From assembly GCA_964036045.1 (NCBI GenBank), contig OZ038378.1, positions 156,612,001 to 156,676,000 on the forward strand: a DNA stretch of 64,000 nt, written 5' to 3'. Shown here piece by piece: positions 1 through 11,342 of the stretch. Every line of letters begins with the position of its first letter. Position 1 is the first letter of the stretch. The notes under the pieces are model-generated. The model did no database searches. It saw nothing but the letters and a program-made list of their open reading frames with translations, and was not told the origin of the DNA. The position numbers were made by a program, and so were the translations under genes. The stretch is from Eutreptiella sp. 'Long Island Sound 2002'. Lineage: Eukaryota > Protista > Euglenida.

Positions 1-1
1 A

Positions 2-680
2 GCATACCACTAGCCCAACCCCATCCAACATCTCGCCCGCGTGCTCGGCGACACAGACAGCCGGGCACACATCCAGGAGCTCCAGGAGAAACTGCAAATC
101 CCCCTCTACCACTCAGCACTGCGCCCGGCAAACGTCCCAGCCCACCTCCAAAAACGACGCATCCGGCTCCTCAGAGAGCAACTACCATTCCTCACCAGGG
201 TCGCCAGATAGCTCGCCCGCAAGCACATCCACGTCCAAGAAGAACACACCCGTTGCCCGTGCGACCACACCACCCCGGAGGACTGGGAACACTTCAAGAA
301 ATGCCCCCTCCATGCAGGCAGGGACACGCTAGTGGGTTGGTCCCCGGCAGAAACCCTACGACAACACGAAGGCTGGCCAACCCACAGCCACGCACACCAG
401 GCCACCGAACACCTCTTCCGGGATCCCCTGGTCAAGGAAGCCACCATGAGAGGGGCGGTGACATAGGCCCTACACCGACACCTCACCAAACACACGGAAA
501 GCCCCATGGAGGCAGCACCGCACCTCCAGCTAGAAGCAGTCCGCAGAGCGGCGGCCCAAATGGTACACCGCAAACACCTTCTGTTAACACACGCGGAACA
601 ACTCACCGACCCCACCGCCAGAGAACACATGCAGCGTCTCATCCATTACCATGCCGTGCATGACCCAGACGTCCACTAAC
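2..680 (+). pseudogene. C-terminal part of a non-LTR retrotransposon ORF2 (CCHC zinc finger region), disrupted
   Basis: The frame starting at nt 2 reads ...HTRCPCDHTTPEDWEHFKKCPLH..., a C-x-C-x8-H-x3-C motif like the post-RT zinc finger of LINEs. In-frame TAG at 11-13, 209-211 and 464-466; terminal TAA at 678-680. The RT core would lie upstream of the window. Confidence 0.7.
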
Positions 681-3184
681 CCACTCCGCGCCCCGCACAC
701 GCCCCCCATCTCCATCCGCAGGCCTCCAAGACACCACCACAACGCCCCAAAGCCCACCTCTCACCCAAGAAGCCACCCGGCACCGCCCAACCCGGTCGAG
801 CCCAACCAGGGCCAACCATACGTCGACGTGGACGCGCAAAACCCCGGCAACCCACCCAGCCCACCCCCCCCGGACCCGGGGCACCCCCCCCTCACACCGG
901 CCACCATCCGCGACCCCGACCTCCTCCGAGCGACCCTCCAAGGCAGGGCCCCGACCACTCCCCTGGGCTGGTACCGCCTACAAGAGGACTTGACCAAGCT
1001 CACCGTCAAAGCCCTCCGGGACCTGACCACCCAAGGCAACGGCCTCCACGAGGCCATCGTAGACCTCGTACTCTGGCGAGCCCAGAAACACACCCAGGGC
1101 TAGCACGTCTGGATTCCCCCCATCGAGTGGGGCCAGGCCCACACGACACCGACATCAACGTCACACGTCGAGGGACCATACGCCTACGACGGGCCCCAGC
1201 GGAGAAGGACCACCCAGCGGACCCGAACCACCCGGAGCAGTGGGAACAGGCCACCGCACCAAGCCGCGACACCGCCCTCCACGCCGCCGGCCTCCGCACC
1301 CCAGACGACGACCTCCCTCCCCCACCTACAGACAGTGACCACCCCCCGCCGGAGATCTGTTGTACAGTCCTCGAGCGCGGGCACTACTACGTGGTAGCCG
1401 CTACAGCTACGTCCCCCGGCCCACAATGGCTCAACAAAGGGACAGACACCATGCTCGCCCCAGGGGCCGCCCCACCAGGGGCAGTAGGGGACCCCACCAC
1501 CCCGCACAGGGTCCTCAGGGGCGTCCTCCAGCCGGGGGACAAGCCCCCAGCCCGCGCCCCGGCCCAAGTCACCTCAGGGAAGGCGGGCTACCACCTAGGA
1601 CTAGCCATGCTCTGCCTGACCCACTGGATCCAGCGCCGCTGGCCATCCACGGGGACCGTTCCCTGGATTTGGGCCATCCCCACCGCCCACACACAAATCG
1701 AGGCGGGCCCGGACACGCGGCCAAACCCCCCCCCCAGACCACAGCACTCCCTCACCTGCGGGTACCACGCCATCCACAGGGTCCTCAGCCGCGTGGGTCT
1801 TAGCCCAGAGCTAGCATACCCCCTTCCCACCACTGACCAAGAGGTCCACCAGATACGCAAGCTCATCTGCGAAATCCTTGCCGCGGCAGCAGAAGACGGC
1901 AAGCTTCTCCTCCAAACCGCCCGGCCTACAACTGACCACGCAAGCGCGCCGCTGCGAGCGGACACATACACCGACACAGCACACCCCACCGCGCAATCCC
2001 CGCCCATGCCCCTCCCCCCTCGCTGCTCACCCGGAGACCCACACTCGCCCACCAACGCGCGCACCCCCGGGCCCCGCAACACGGGCCTCCCCCACCCGCC
2101 CGAACACCAGCACACGCCCGCCACAGACCCACCCGCCAGACACCCCTCACCACCCCCCACACTCGACAGCCCGCACACACCCACCGAGGGGAGCCCCGCG
2201 CCCCGCGGCACGCCCACCCCACCCAGTGGCCCGCACACGCCCCCCGCGCACACCCCAGAAGACCCAGGCCCACCCCCCCCCGGCCCCCGAATGCAGCCCA
2301 CGCGAACTGTTCCCCCCCGCGGACGCCAACCCACGCAACCGATTGTCGTGCAGGGCAACCGATTGTACTACACATTGCAGGACCCCGGCCCAGCCAAGCC
2401 CGGAAGGAGAAGGCCACAGCCCCGCGCCTCCCTCCCCCGCCGCTGCCGACCAGATCGGCCCGCCGGGCCGCCAGGTCACGACCGGGCCCCCCCAGCCGCC
2501 CGCCCCCAACCTACAGCCCGAGGACATGCCCTCCATCCTCCCCGCCGTGGCCGCAGCAGAAGCCGCCACCCACAAGCCCGCGACCGCCCGCATCACAGCC
2601 CAACCCGCGTCCACCACCTCCTCCTCATCCTCAGCCTCATCAACCTCCTCCACCTCATCCTCCGACCCCCCCCTCCCCGCCGCCCTCATCCACAAGGCGA
2701 CGGCAAAAGCCAAAGCCGCGGCCGCACGCACCGACCCCCCGACCCCCACACAAGCGACCCCTCCCCCCCCCCGGGCCCCCGCCCACCTCGCCTGGTGGTC
2801 TGCCCCCGCGTTGCAGGAGCTCCGCCGCTGGGTGAAGTGGGCCGGGGGAGCGGGAAGGCGAGAAGGGGTGCACATGGTGCACACCTCCGAGGAGGTGCGC
2901 ACCCGCACCTCCGCCGACCCCAACGAGGCCGCCCCGGAGGCCATCATGCCGCAAGCGGCATGGGAGGCCCTCCTCCGCGACGCGGTCTAGGGCCTCCGCC
3001 CCCCCTACACCCCCCAAACCCTCCGCCAATGGCTCCACGCCACCCACCCCCAGGCCTGGGCCATCGGCGCCCCCCCCCCCCACCCCACCACCACCACACC
3101 GGGAAGGGGAAGGGCACGGGCAAGGGGAGGGCAAGGGACGGCAAGGGACACTCAGGCAAGGGGGCACCGAGGGGCCCCAAGTGA
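651..3184 (+). pseudogene. Ulp1/SENP-like (clan CE, C48) cysteine protease ORF of the same element, with Pro-rich C-terminal extension; disrupted
   Basis: Motifs in Ulp1 order: GLHEAIVDLVL (cf. WLNDxII); ICCTVLERGHYYVV (His at 1382-1384); GTDTML (Asp at 1445-1447); PQHSLTCGYH (Gln at 1743-1745, Cys at 1757-1759). TAG at 1101-1103 and 2988-2990, frameshifts near 1135 and in the 2.3-2.5 kb region. Confidence 0.65.
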
Positions 3185-5400
3185 GGGGCAGGCGCCCATA
3201 GGGACAGGGCACCGAAAGCGACACAACGTGGGGGCAGGAAACCACCCAAGGACCAGGAAGGGACAGGAGCGGGGACCGAGGCACAGAGGAAGAGGACACC
3301 ACGGCAGGCGCCACGACCCACACCCAGGAAGGACATACCACGGCGGAGGGACCAGCGCCGCCCCACCCCCAACGAACGCCGCACGACTCCCGGGGACGCA
3401 CACCCCCAACAACGCCGAAGCAAGAGTCGGACGCCGTACGGATCACACCAGCGCACACCAACCAGCCACCCGAAACCACACGGGGGATGGAGGGCACACC
3501 TACACGGGGGGAACAGGCTACACCCACAGAGGAAGCCACAGGGAACACCGCCGCGCGGCGCAACACCACGCCCTCACCGCCAGACGACGACCCCGGCCGC
3601 CACAAGGGCCACCACACAGGCACCGGAAGAGGACGACGGCACGGCCACAGCACCCAGGGCTAGGGACCGGGACCCCCAGGGGACACGGGACCAAGGCACA
3701 GGCCCCCAGGGAGGGCAACCCCACGGACACCTACCCGACCCACCAGCCCGAGCGGCACGCCCAGGCCCCCGCAGCACGGACCCAGCGAGCCACCCACACC
3801 TAACCGCACCCCCCAGCCACCAGCCAGCCACACACCGACCCGCACTCCACACCACGACACAGGCCAGGCTAACCTCCACCGACCCACCAAGGCACAACAC
3901 GAGACAGCACGGCACACCGCACCGCAGCGCGCCACAGTGCAACGCACCACGACAATGCACCCCAAAGCGCAACACGCCACAGCACGACGCGGCGCGACGC
4001 GGCACAGAGCGGCACAACACGGCACGGCAGACCCTAACCTGAAGGACTAACCAAGACAAGCCACCGCACACCCCGGAAGGCGCCGCACCAGCACGCCACA
4101 CACCGGCACCGCTGGCCACACACGGGGCCACCGCGTGCCCAGCAACAAAGGTGGCGGTCCACCCAGAAGGTTAAAACCGGCACCGCGGAGGAGAAAGGAC
4201 ACGGACAACCCCAGCCCCCTAACCCAGAGCCACACGAAGCCCCCTGGCGCAGCTGCCCAGCCGGCAGAGCCAGGACCTAACCCGGCAGGAAGGGGCGCCG
4301 AGCCCAACGTGTACATAACCCACCTGACCCATGGGCCCGGGACACGGCCAAGCAGAACGCAACCGCCAACAGCAACCCGGAAGACCACACAGAATGCGGG
4401 CCAGTGCGTGCGCCAGCCCAGGGAAGGCGGAGGGAGGAACAGGCAGACCCCCCCCCAAAAAAAAACAGGGGGGGAGGGGGGGGGGCGAGAGGAAGGCCCA
4501 CAGCCACCAAACCGCCCGCCAACACCACAAGGGGCGGCCAAACCCCCCACCCGGAAGGCACCGAAGACAGGACCCCCAAAGGGGCACAGGGGGACCACCC
4601 AGCCAAAGCCGGCAACACCAAACCAGGAGCAGCGGCCCACCGGGGGAAGGGACACCCAAAACGCGCAGACACACACCACGCTGGGACGAAAAAAAAAAAG
4701 AGCCAGCAACCCAGCCCGAAAGAGAGGGGATGGGGGGACAGGGACCACAAGGCCCGGGACAGGCACAACCAGCGACCAACACCACAAAGCCAAAGCAGAA
4801 CACGCAAAAAAAAAAACACACACAACCCGACAACCCAACCAAGAAGAGCGGGGCACAACCGAGACCCAGGCCCAGCACGCACGCCCACACAGCACACCCC
4901 AACCAGAAAAGGCGGGGAACAAGCAGGGCGCGCGCACAAACACGCACCCCCGCACAGCACCCCCAACCAGGAGGTGCACGAAACCACGCGGGACGGGCGC
5001 ACGAGCACACACACACCCCGACGCCCCCCCAAGGAGTGGCGGGGCGCAGCCGAAACCTAGACCCCAGCACGCACGCCCACACCGCACACCGGAACCGGAA
5101 ACGGCGGGGTGTAGGCGGAGCGCGCACGCAACCACGCGCGTCCCATATCCGCAACCACGACAGGTGGGGTGCAGTCCGAAACCCAAGCCCAACCACGAAC
5201 GCCACAAACCCCAGCCGGCAAAAGAGGGACGACACCACAAACCGCACCAAAACACACCCGCCCAAGACCCCAGCCAGGACTGGCAGGGTTACCGAAACCC
5301 ACAGCCAACCGCAACCCAGACCCAAACACAAGCACCACACAACAGTAGGAAACCCAGTGTCCAAAGCCCGGGCACTGAGGCAGCCCGTGCCATGCAGCTG
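3185..5400 (+). repeat. C/A-rich low-complexity tract with short internal repeats
   Basis: Extreme C/A skew. CCCAGCACGCACGCCCACAC recurs at about 4870 and about 5062. The long ORFs called on both strands here are compositional artefacts. Confidence 0.6.
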
Positions 5401-5911
5401 ACCCGGCCAAACGAGATCCGGAGCCCGGGGGTAAGGCTGCATCCTAAGGCCTGCGCTGCTTTGGGACTCGAGGCGGAGCGTGCGACACCCAAGCGCCTCG
5501 GAACCCTAGTACCAAGAACTTGCATGCATGCCTTGGGAACGGGATACGCCAGGAAGTCCGGTGAACCTCTAGGGTTCCGCCCAAAGGAGGGGACTTGCGC
5601 AAGCACGGGGGCACACCCTCCCGGCGAGACAAGCACGTCACGCCGGCGGCGATCAGCCCTCCCGGTGTTGCCCGGGGCCGCTTTGTTGGGGTGCAGTACG
5701 ACGCTTGATACTTGGCGCATCGCATGTACCTGTCAGCAGGCTAGCACAAAACACAGGCAGCACCCGTCAAGCAAGAAGAAGAACCTAACCCGTCCACGGC
5801 CATCCACCCCGGGTACCTGTCGAGTCTAGAACAAAAAAGAAAGAGCAGTAGGGAGAAAAGTGGCCAACGGGAGGGAGATATCTATGGACGATGTCGCCAC
5901 ACCCACCTGTT

Positions 5912-5985
5912 ATGAGCCCCAGGATTCGAACCTACCCACAGGAACCAAGACCGGGGTGACTGTCCACTATAGTGCCACGACGATG
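5912..5985 (-). other. Degenerate tRNA-derived (SINE head-like) sequence
   Basis: The minus strand has an A-box-like TGGCACTATAGTGG (5963-5976) and a B-box GGTTCGAATCC (5922-5932). No complete cloverleaf. Confidence 0.45.
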
Positions 5986-6587
5986 GCTTACAAGCGTGCC
6001 CCTCTGTATCCCCCACAAATGACCTGTTGAAGGAAACTGTCACGACCAAGAAATAAGAGCGGGGCCGTTGGCGCCGTCACCTCCACGGTGGGCATCGAAC
6101 GTACGCCCTCCGGGACGAAGCCCCCGTGCACTTCCATTAAGCTACGCTACCGATGTGGTATAAAAACCCGCAACCAAGACCACCAGCTGTTAATGAAGCA
6201 AAACACTACCGGTGCCAAATGTGTACCCTCTACCTCTACACCAAGAGCAACAACTGTGCATGGGGCGGCCGGCACCGTCGCCTCCACGGTTCGCGACGGG
6301 CCGCGAGGACGGAGCGCACTGCGGGGCTGGGCCCCCGTGCACTTTCAGGTATGCTTGTACCGGCGTGTAAACATGGATAAACACATTGCCTAGATACTTA
6401 GCCTGTGCAAAAAGACGATTCGGGAATGGACCGTTCGGTGGATCTATATCCTCACCGGGGTTGGAACCACCCCATGTGGGATTGGGGACGAGTGTGCTAC
6501 CAACTACACCAAGTATTCTACGTCTCCCTATGGTCGGTTTTGGACGCCAGAAAAAGCCTGCTGACAATCTTGAGATAGTATAGCGGT

Positions 6588-7330
6588 CTAGGAAAAATCT
6601 CTTTCACTACAAGAGGTCGAAGGGCTTCGGTTCCAACCCCTGCCGAGGGCCTCCTCTGGGGCAGGAGAAGCAGTCTGGGCCCCTAAAAATTCGCGCTCGC
6701 TGCAGGACGTCGAGGGACTTCGCCTGCCATCCCCTGTGTATGCTGTGGACATACCAAAGGCAGCCGCAGGGGCTTCCGACATATCAGAAAAGACAGTGAC
6801 AGTGGATGCGCTCGAGTGCTGGCTGTGTGTTGACTCCACGCTCCTTGGGATTTCTGGCATCTCAGTAAGACCCAGGTCCTGCCACACATCACTCACAGGA
6901 TCATCACCGGGAACAATATCGGGAGCGCCCTCTCTGGCCCTCTCGGAATCGACACACTGCTCAAAATTAAGCACGGTTGGTCGTGGTGGGGACACCTCCC
7001 GCGATGGGGAGCGCCGGGCGGCCACTTAGCATGTTCTTTTGACTCTCTGTCTCGCTGGGTGAACCTTGGGGGTCTTGCGGGCTAGGTATAGGGGGTTGCT
7101 AAGTCTACCATTGTTGGCCAATGTGTCGGCCTGTTCGTTGCCTTCTACATTCACATGGGAGGGGACTTTTACCCACAGGATGTCTTGGAAGGTGGAATCA
7201 AGATGCTGTAACAGTTCTTTCCGGAGTTGGACGTTAGACACCGGTCCTGCCGACCCCACCCAACCTCTCGCCTGCCACCTCAAAGCTGCCCCTTGTGCCC
7301 CTTTACGGACATATTCGGAATCGTGCAAGT
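6588..7330 (-). pseudogene. LINE 3' remnant: RNase H C-terminal half plus acidic tail
   Basis: Reads DSEYVRKG...RWQARGW...VSNVQLRKELL...ILWVKVPSHVNVEGNEQADTLA (RNase HI motifs), then VWQDLGLTEMPE, matching WEELGLEEM of the LINE at 35.9-40.5 kb. Confidence 0.75.
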
Positions 7331-8025
7331 TGCAGCCCCCCCACCCCCCAGCCCCCCCCCAGCCCACCCACTGCCGCCGCCTTGCACACGCCAGTGCCCC
7401 ACTTCACCCCAACCCAAGGAAAAAACACCCGAAGTATCGCATGATGGCCAAGAAAGCTTGGTGCTCCCCCGGTAACCCAACTTGAAGGTTCCACACGGTG
7501 ACATGCAGACCACAACGCAATTAGCGATGGCAAAACGGAACTCAACTGTTCATAGGTGCGCCAAAACGGGTTACCCCAATTGTTGACTGTCCAGTGTGCA
7601 AGTGTTCGGCTGTGGGGATCTCAGGGCGCAGGAACACAGAGATCTCAGGTCTCTCCTAACTCTGAGTACAAACCAAAATCGCACATCGCAGGCGAGCGAC
7701 GCATGGCATCGAGTGTACATCATGCAGCTTGAATGCATTCATTCGCCTTTGAAGATGCTGAGACGCACCGCACACCGCACCGCACGCACCGCGCGGGTGA
7801 GAGGACGCAACCCTTTCGTGCAATGCACCCCCTTTCAGAAGGTAGGCAGGGGCGCGGTAGCCCAAGGGGTTTGCATGCGACAACGGTCTCCTCCTCTCCA
7901 AAGACCTCATCCCGACGGTGTTGATGGTTGCAGCTGCCCACACCCCCTGCCAAGGAGGCCGTTTTGCTTGAGATACAAATGGGGCCATGGCTCTCACAAC
8001 CAATAAAAAAGAGATGTAATGTGTA

Positions 8026-8600
8026 CCCCCCCCCCCTTGCGCAAGCACGGCCAAGGTCAGAAAAATAACGGTCACACGGGGTCCCCGTGCTTGGACAAGC
8101 CCGTGCTTGCGCGCGACGCGCAACACAAAGAGACACTGCACACAGAAACCTGCCCGTACCCCACACCAAGCACATCACTCACAAACATGGCACTGGAACA
8201 CAACGTGCAGGCAAAATTCAGCATGGTCCTCGTGTCCTTACTGCCCATCAACGGGTACGGAATAGAAACCCTTTCCAACCTTGCACTTCATCTTAAATAG
8301 TTTCACATGTTTCCCCTTCGGGACAGGCTTTGGAGCAGGCTTGGCTGCAGGTTTGGGAATAGGTTTAGGCTTCCTATTCTTGGGGACAAAACTGTCATCA
8401 ACAATATCTTTGGTGAAGTAAAGCTTGTCCTCGAAAACATGGCCGAGGCCCCAAATCCCACGGGCTGCAATCAGCGTACAATCACGAAACAATGAATTTC
8501 TGACCATAAAAACCGTGGTCAGAAAATCCCATCAAAACAGCGGCCACACGGGGTCTTCGTGCTTAGACAAGGCCGTGCTTGCGCAGGGGGGGGGGGGGGG
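8026..8600. mobile_element. MITE-like element with C-run + TTGCGCAAGCACGGCC terminal inverted repeats
   Basis: Left end is a C-run followed by TTGCGCAAGCACGGCC (to 8052); right end is GGCCGTGCTTGCGCA followed by G15. TA on the left flank only. Confidence 0.6.
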
Positions 8601-9157
8601 CGGAAGCATAGAAATAGACTTGTCCAGGTTTGGTTTCAGGAGACATAACCATGTGTAGAAATACACATGGACTCATATTGGATTGCCACACAATCCGCCT
8701 TTGACGATGAGCCCACAATGGTGGCGGGCACACGCTCGTTGGTACTGCGTCAAAGATAGAAGACACCAGTGCCTAGTGCCAACAGTTTGGAATTCATGGA
8801 CATGTGATTTGTCCAGAAAAAATACATTGAAATGGGAAATGGGAAAATTCTATTGCCTTCGGCAAGGCACCTCGAAGAGGGGAGAAGGACAACCTTTTTT
8901 GAGCTGCTGAGGCGGGAAAGCTGCATAAGCAGGTTGTGCTCTAGACCCCTTGGGAGCCCCCCCCCCCCCCCCCCAAACACCCAAATAGGGTGAAAAACAC
9001 ATAAAGAGGGGCTAAAACATGCTTTACATAGGATATTTGATCATTTTGGATGGTCAAAGTATCAAAAAAATCAGTTTCGGAAATTTCCATTTTCGAGCTG
9101 CCAAGGCTGGAAAACTGCATCAGCAGGTTGTGCCCTAGACCCCTTGGGAGCCCCCCC

Positions 9158-9493
9158 GTGCGGTGACACGTGGGTGTGTCAAGTGGTGATTGCGCTCTGG
9201 GAGATCACGCAAGCAACAGCATGCACAGCCAAAAAGAGATCAAGGCTGATCACGAACCGGAATGTCCGGTCCTAGGCGCCTTTCGCCAATGTCTGTGGAG
9301 AACAGCGACACCGCGGACCTGTAGCATATGCACAGTGGATGCCCGCTCAGACTGGGCCAGCCATGCCATGAACACGCTGGAGTAGTGTCGCTTACAAGAA
9401 AAAAATCAGACATTGGCGTCTCTTTTAAAAGAACGAAACCAGCACAACATCTCAGTCCTGACCCCCTCCCCCGCCCCCCTTTGGTGTGGGGGG
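9158..9493 (-). ncRNA. Putative structured 3' RNA segment of the RT element (present in all four units)
   Basis: Perfect inverted repeats 9284-9295/9407-9418 (12 bp) and 9304-9311/9385-9392 (8 bp) enclose further hairpins. Additional hairpins at 9164-9181, 9186-9210, 9226-9248 and 9256-9270. Expression and functional strand are not shown. Confidence 0.45.
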
Positions 9494-10828
9494 CTACTCC
9501 GCCCAAATGGACCAGTCAGCACACCAATCAGTGTGGCCGTCCTCATGTGGTATATGCCAAGAGGCATACTGGTGCCCGTGCCACACTGCATATTTCTGAA
9601 GCCACTGGCGCAGACAATACCGGACATGACTGTCCGAACAGGGCATGTGGTGTGCAATACATGTGACCCACCGCTTGCTAAGAGAAACGTCATGTGGTGT
9701 GTGACTCAGTAAACGATGTAAAGCATGCTGGCAAGCCCGGACAGCCACACCCTTGGGGTGTTCACACAGCAGGCTGACTTGTAGCCATGCTGAAGCAGAC
9801 AGGAGGTAATCGCCCCAAGAGGACAAGAACCGACGGTAGTTCATTAACACACCTGTAAACAGGTTGGTCAGGCTGGTCTCATTAACAGCCGATGCAGACT
9901 GTAAAGGGGCACCATGTTTCAAATTCCAGCTTGCATCAAGGGCAGAGGGGTGCACGCACACAGTGCCACAGGACCCATGTCGGCTAGCCGCAAGCCCCAG
10001 CGCATACATGCACTGGCGCAAGCAGTCTTGGTTGGTGTCAGTAATGCAAGGACACAGCACCCGCAGCGACCAAGCAGTCGCCAACAACCTACAGACATCC
10101 GCCATGGCCCATGTTGCACCGACCCCTACAGCGGCTACCAATATGTTATCTCTGAACTGTGCCAAAGACACAATGCGCCCATTTTGATTCTTCCATATGG
10201 GGAATCCCCTGGCAGTGAATGATAACTCACCCAGCTCGTAAAAACGTTGCTTATTCAAATGAAATTTCCAAATGCTATGTAGGTCCGCTGCTTGAGCGCT
10301 GAACGGGCCTCCCATCGGTAAAGCAAAGGCACGGGACCAACATTGTCCGACAGCGACACAAAATCTGTCTTCCTGCAGGCAAAAACGGATCATGCTGGTC
10401 AATTCTTCATGGCTGATCACGTCAAAATTATACGCATTCGCTTTCCCGCATCTATCCAAGCATTTATCATACTTATGTATCGACCAAAACATCTGGGTGG
10501 CTCGCCACTGACGTTCATTCCGCAGCCACTGGGTAGCATCGTCTAGATGCTGTAGTACATCCCTGGGCAAGATGCGGTTAAACTGATCTTTGCAGTCAGC
10601 TTCACCGATCACAGTGCAGCCCCAACTGTTCAAGTCATCAAGCCACCCCGCAACATCTTGAATGGACAGGTGTAAGAAGCAGCCAGTAACCTCTTTGCTG
10701 AGGAACCGCAAAAAACAGGTGAAAGCTCGCGCCGCAATGCGCAAGCGCCAACGAGGTACGACTGGGGCACAGCTAGCACATATAGGACGCCACGTAATTG
10801 CAGGCAGCCCCCCCCCCCCCCCAAACAC
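9494..10828 (-). CDS. Penelope-like reverse transcriptase, 5'-truncated, no endonuclease (unit 1; 12-nt in-frame deletion)
   Basis: Motifs: WRPICAS (region 2), EADCKDQFNRI (A), ALPMGGPFSAQAADL (B, PLE-type GxPMGxPxS), QFRDNILV (C), then a PLE-like thumb. No ATG start: the ORF runs out of the satellite G-tract. Confidence 0.8.
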   Translation of the reverse strand: MFGGGGGLPAITWRPICASCAPVVPRWRLRIAARAFTCFLRFLSKEVTGCFLHLSIQDVAGWLDDLNSWGCTVIGEADCKDQFNRILPRDVLQHLDDATQWLRNERQWRATQMFWSIHKYDKCLDRCGKANAYNFDVISHEELTSMIRFCLQEDRFCVAVGQCWSRAFALPMGGPFSAQAADLHSIWKFHLNKQRFYELGELSFTARGFPIWKNQNGRIVSLAQFRDNILVAAVGVGATWAMADVCRLLATAWSLRVLCPCITDTNQDCLRQCMYALGLAASRHGSCGTVCVHPSALDASWNLKHGAPLQSASAVNETSLTNLFTGVLMNYRRFLSSWGDYLLSASAWLQVSLLCEHPKGVAVRACQHALHRLLSHTPHDVSLSKRWVTCIAHHMPCSDSHVRYCLRQWLQKYAVWHGHQYASWHIPHEDGHTDWCADWSIWAE

Positions 10829-11342
10829 CCAAATAGGGTGAAAAACACATAAAGAGGGGCTAAAACATGCTTTACATAGGATATTTGATCATTTTGGATG
10901 GTCAAAGTATCAAAAAAATCAGTTTCGGAAATTTCCATTTTCGAGCTGCCAAGGCTGGAAAACTGCATCAGCAGGTTGTGCCCTAGACCCCTTGGGAGCC
11001 CCCCCGTGCGGTGACACGTGGGTGTGTCAAGTGGTGATTGGGCTCTGGGAGATCACGCAAGCAACAGCATGCACAGCCAAAAAGAGATCAAGGCTGATCA
11101 CGAACCGGAATGTCCGGTCCTAGGCGCCTTTCGCCAATGTCTGTGGAGAACAGCGACACCGCGGACCTGTAGCATATGCACAGTGGATGCCCGCTCAGAC
11201 TGGGCCAGCCATGCCATGAACACGCTGGAGTAGTGTCGCTTACAAGAAAAAAATTCAGACATTGGCGTCTCTTTTAAAAGAACGAAACCAGCACAACATC
11301 TCAGTCCTGACCCCCTCCCCCGCCCCCCTTTGGTGTGGGGGG

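Larger units (their letters stand above)
1..5830 (+). mobile_element. 3' portion of a large retroelement (zinc finger, protease ORF, long C/A-rich tail); boundaries approximate
   Basis: Continuous strong C/A strand bias from 1 to about 5400, with colinear ORF remnants on one strand. Composition changes near 5.8 kb. Confidence 0.45.

Noticed and set aside
11-2990. All five premature stops located in the first element are TAG, suggesting stop-codon reassignment
   Set aside because: TAG terminates gene A (50091) and LINE ORF1 (40487), and the element also has frameshifts. CAG/TGG-to-TAG transitions in a dead copy explain the pattern.
3228-5829. Many long ORFs (up to 564 aa) on both strands
   Set aside because: Low-complexity C/A-rich DNA lacks stop codons by composition, and the translations have no motifs.
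5800-5835. CTAG terminus suggesting a Helitron 3' end
   Set aside because: No clear subterminal hairpin, the next base is A rather than T, and there is no Rep/helicase evidence.
9246-9275. CTGATCA followed by a hairpin, as a hammerhead ribozyme core
   Set aside because: The conserved G of CUGAnGA is C, and no GAAA follows the hairpin.
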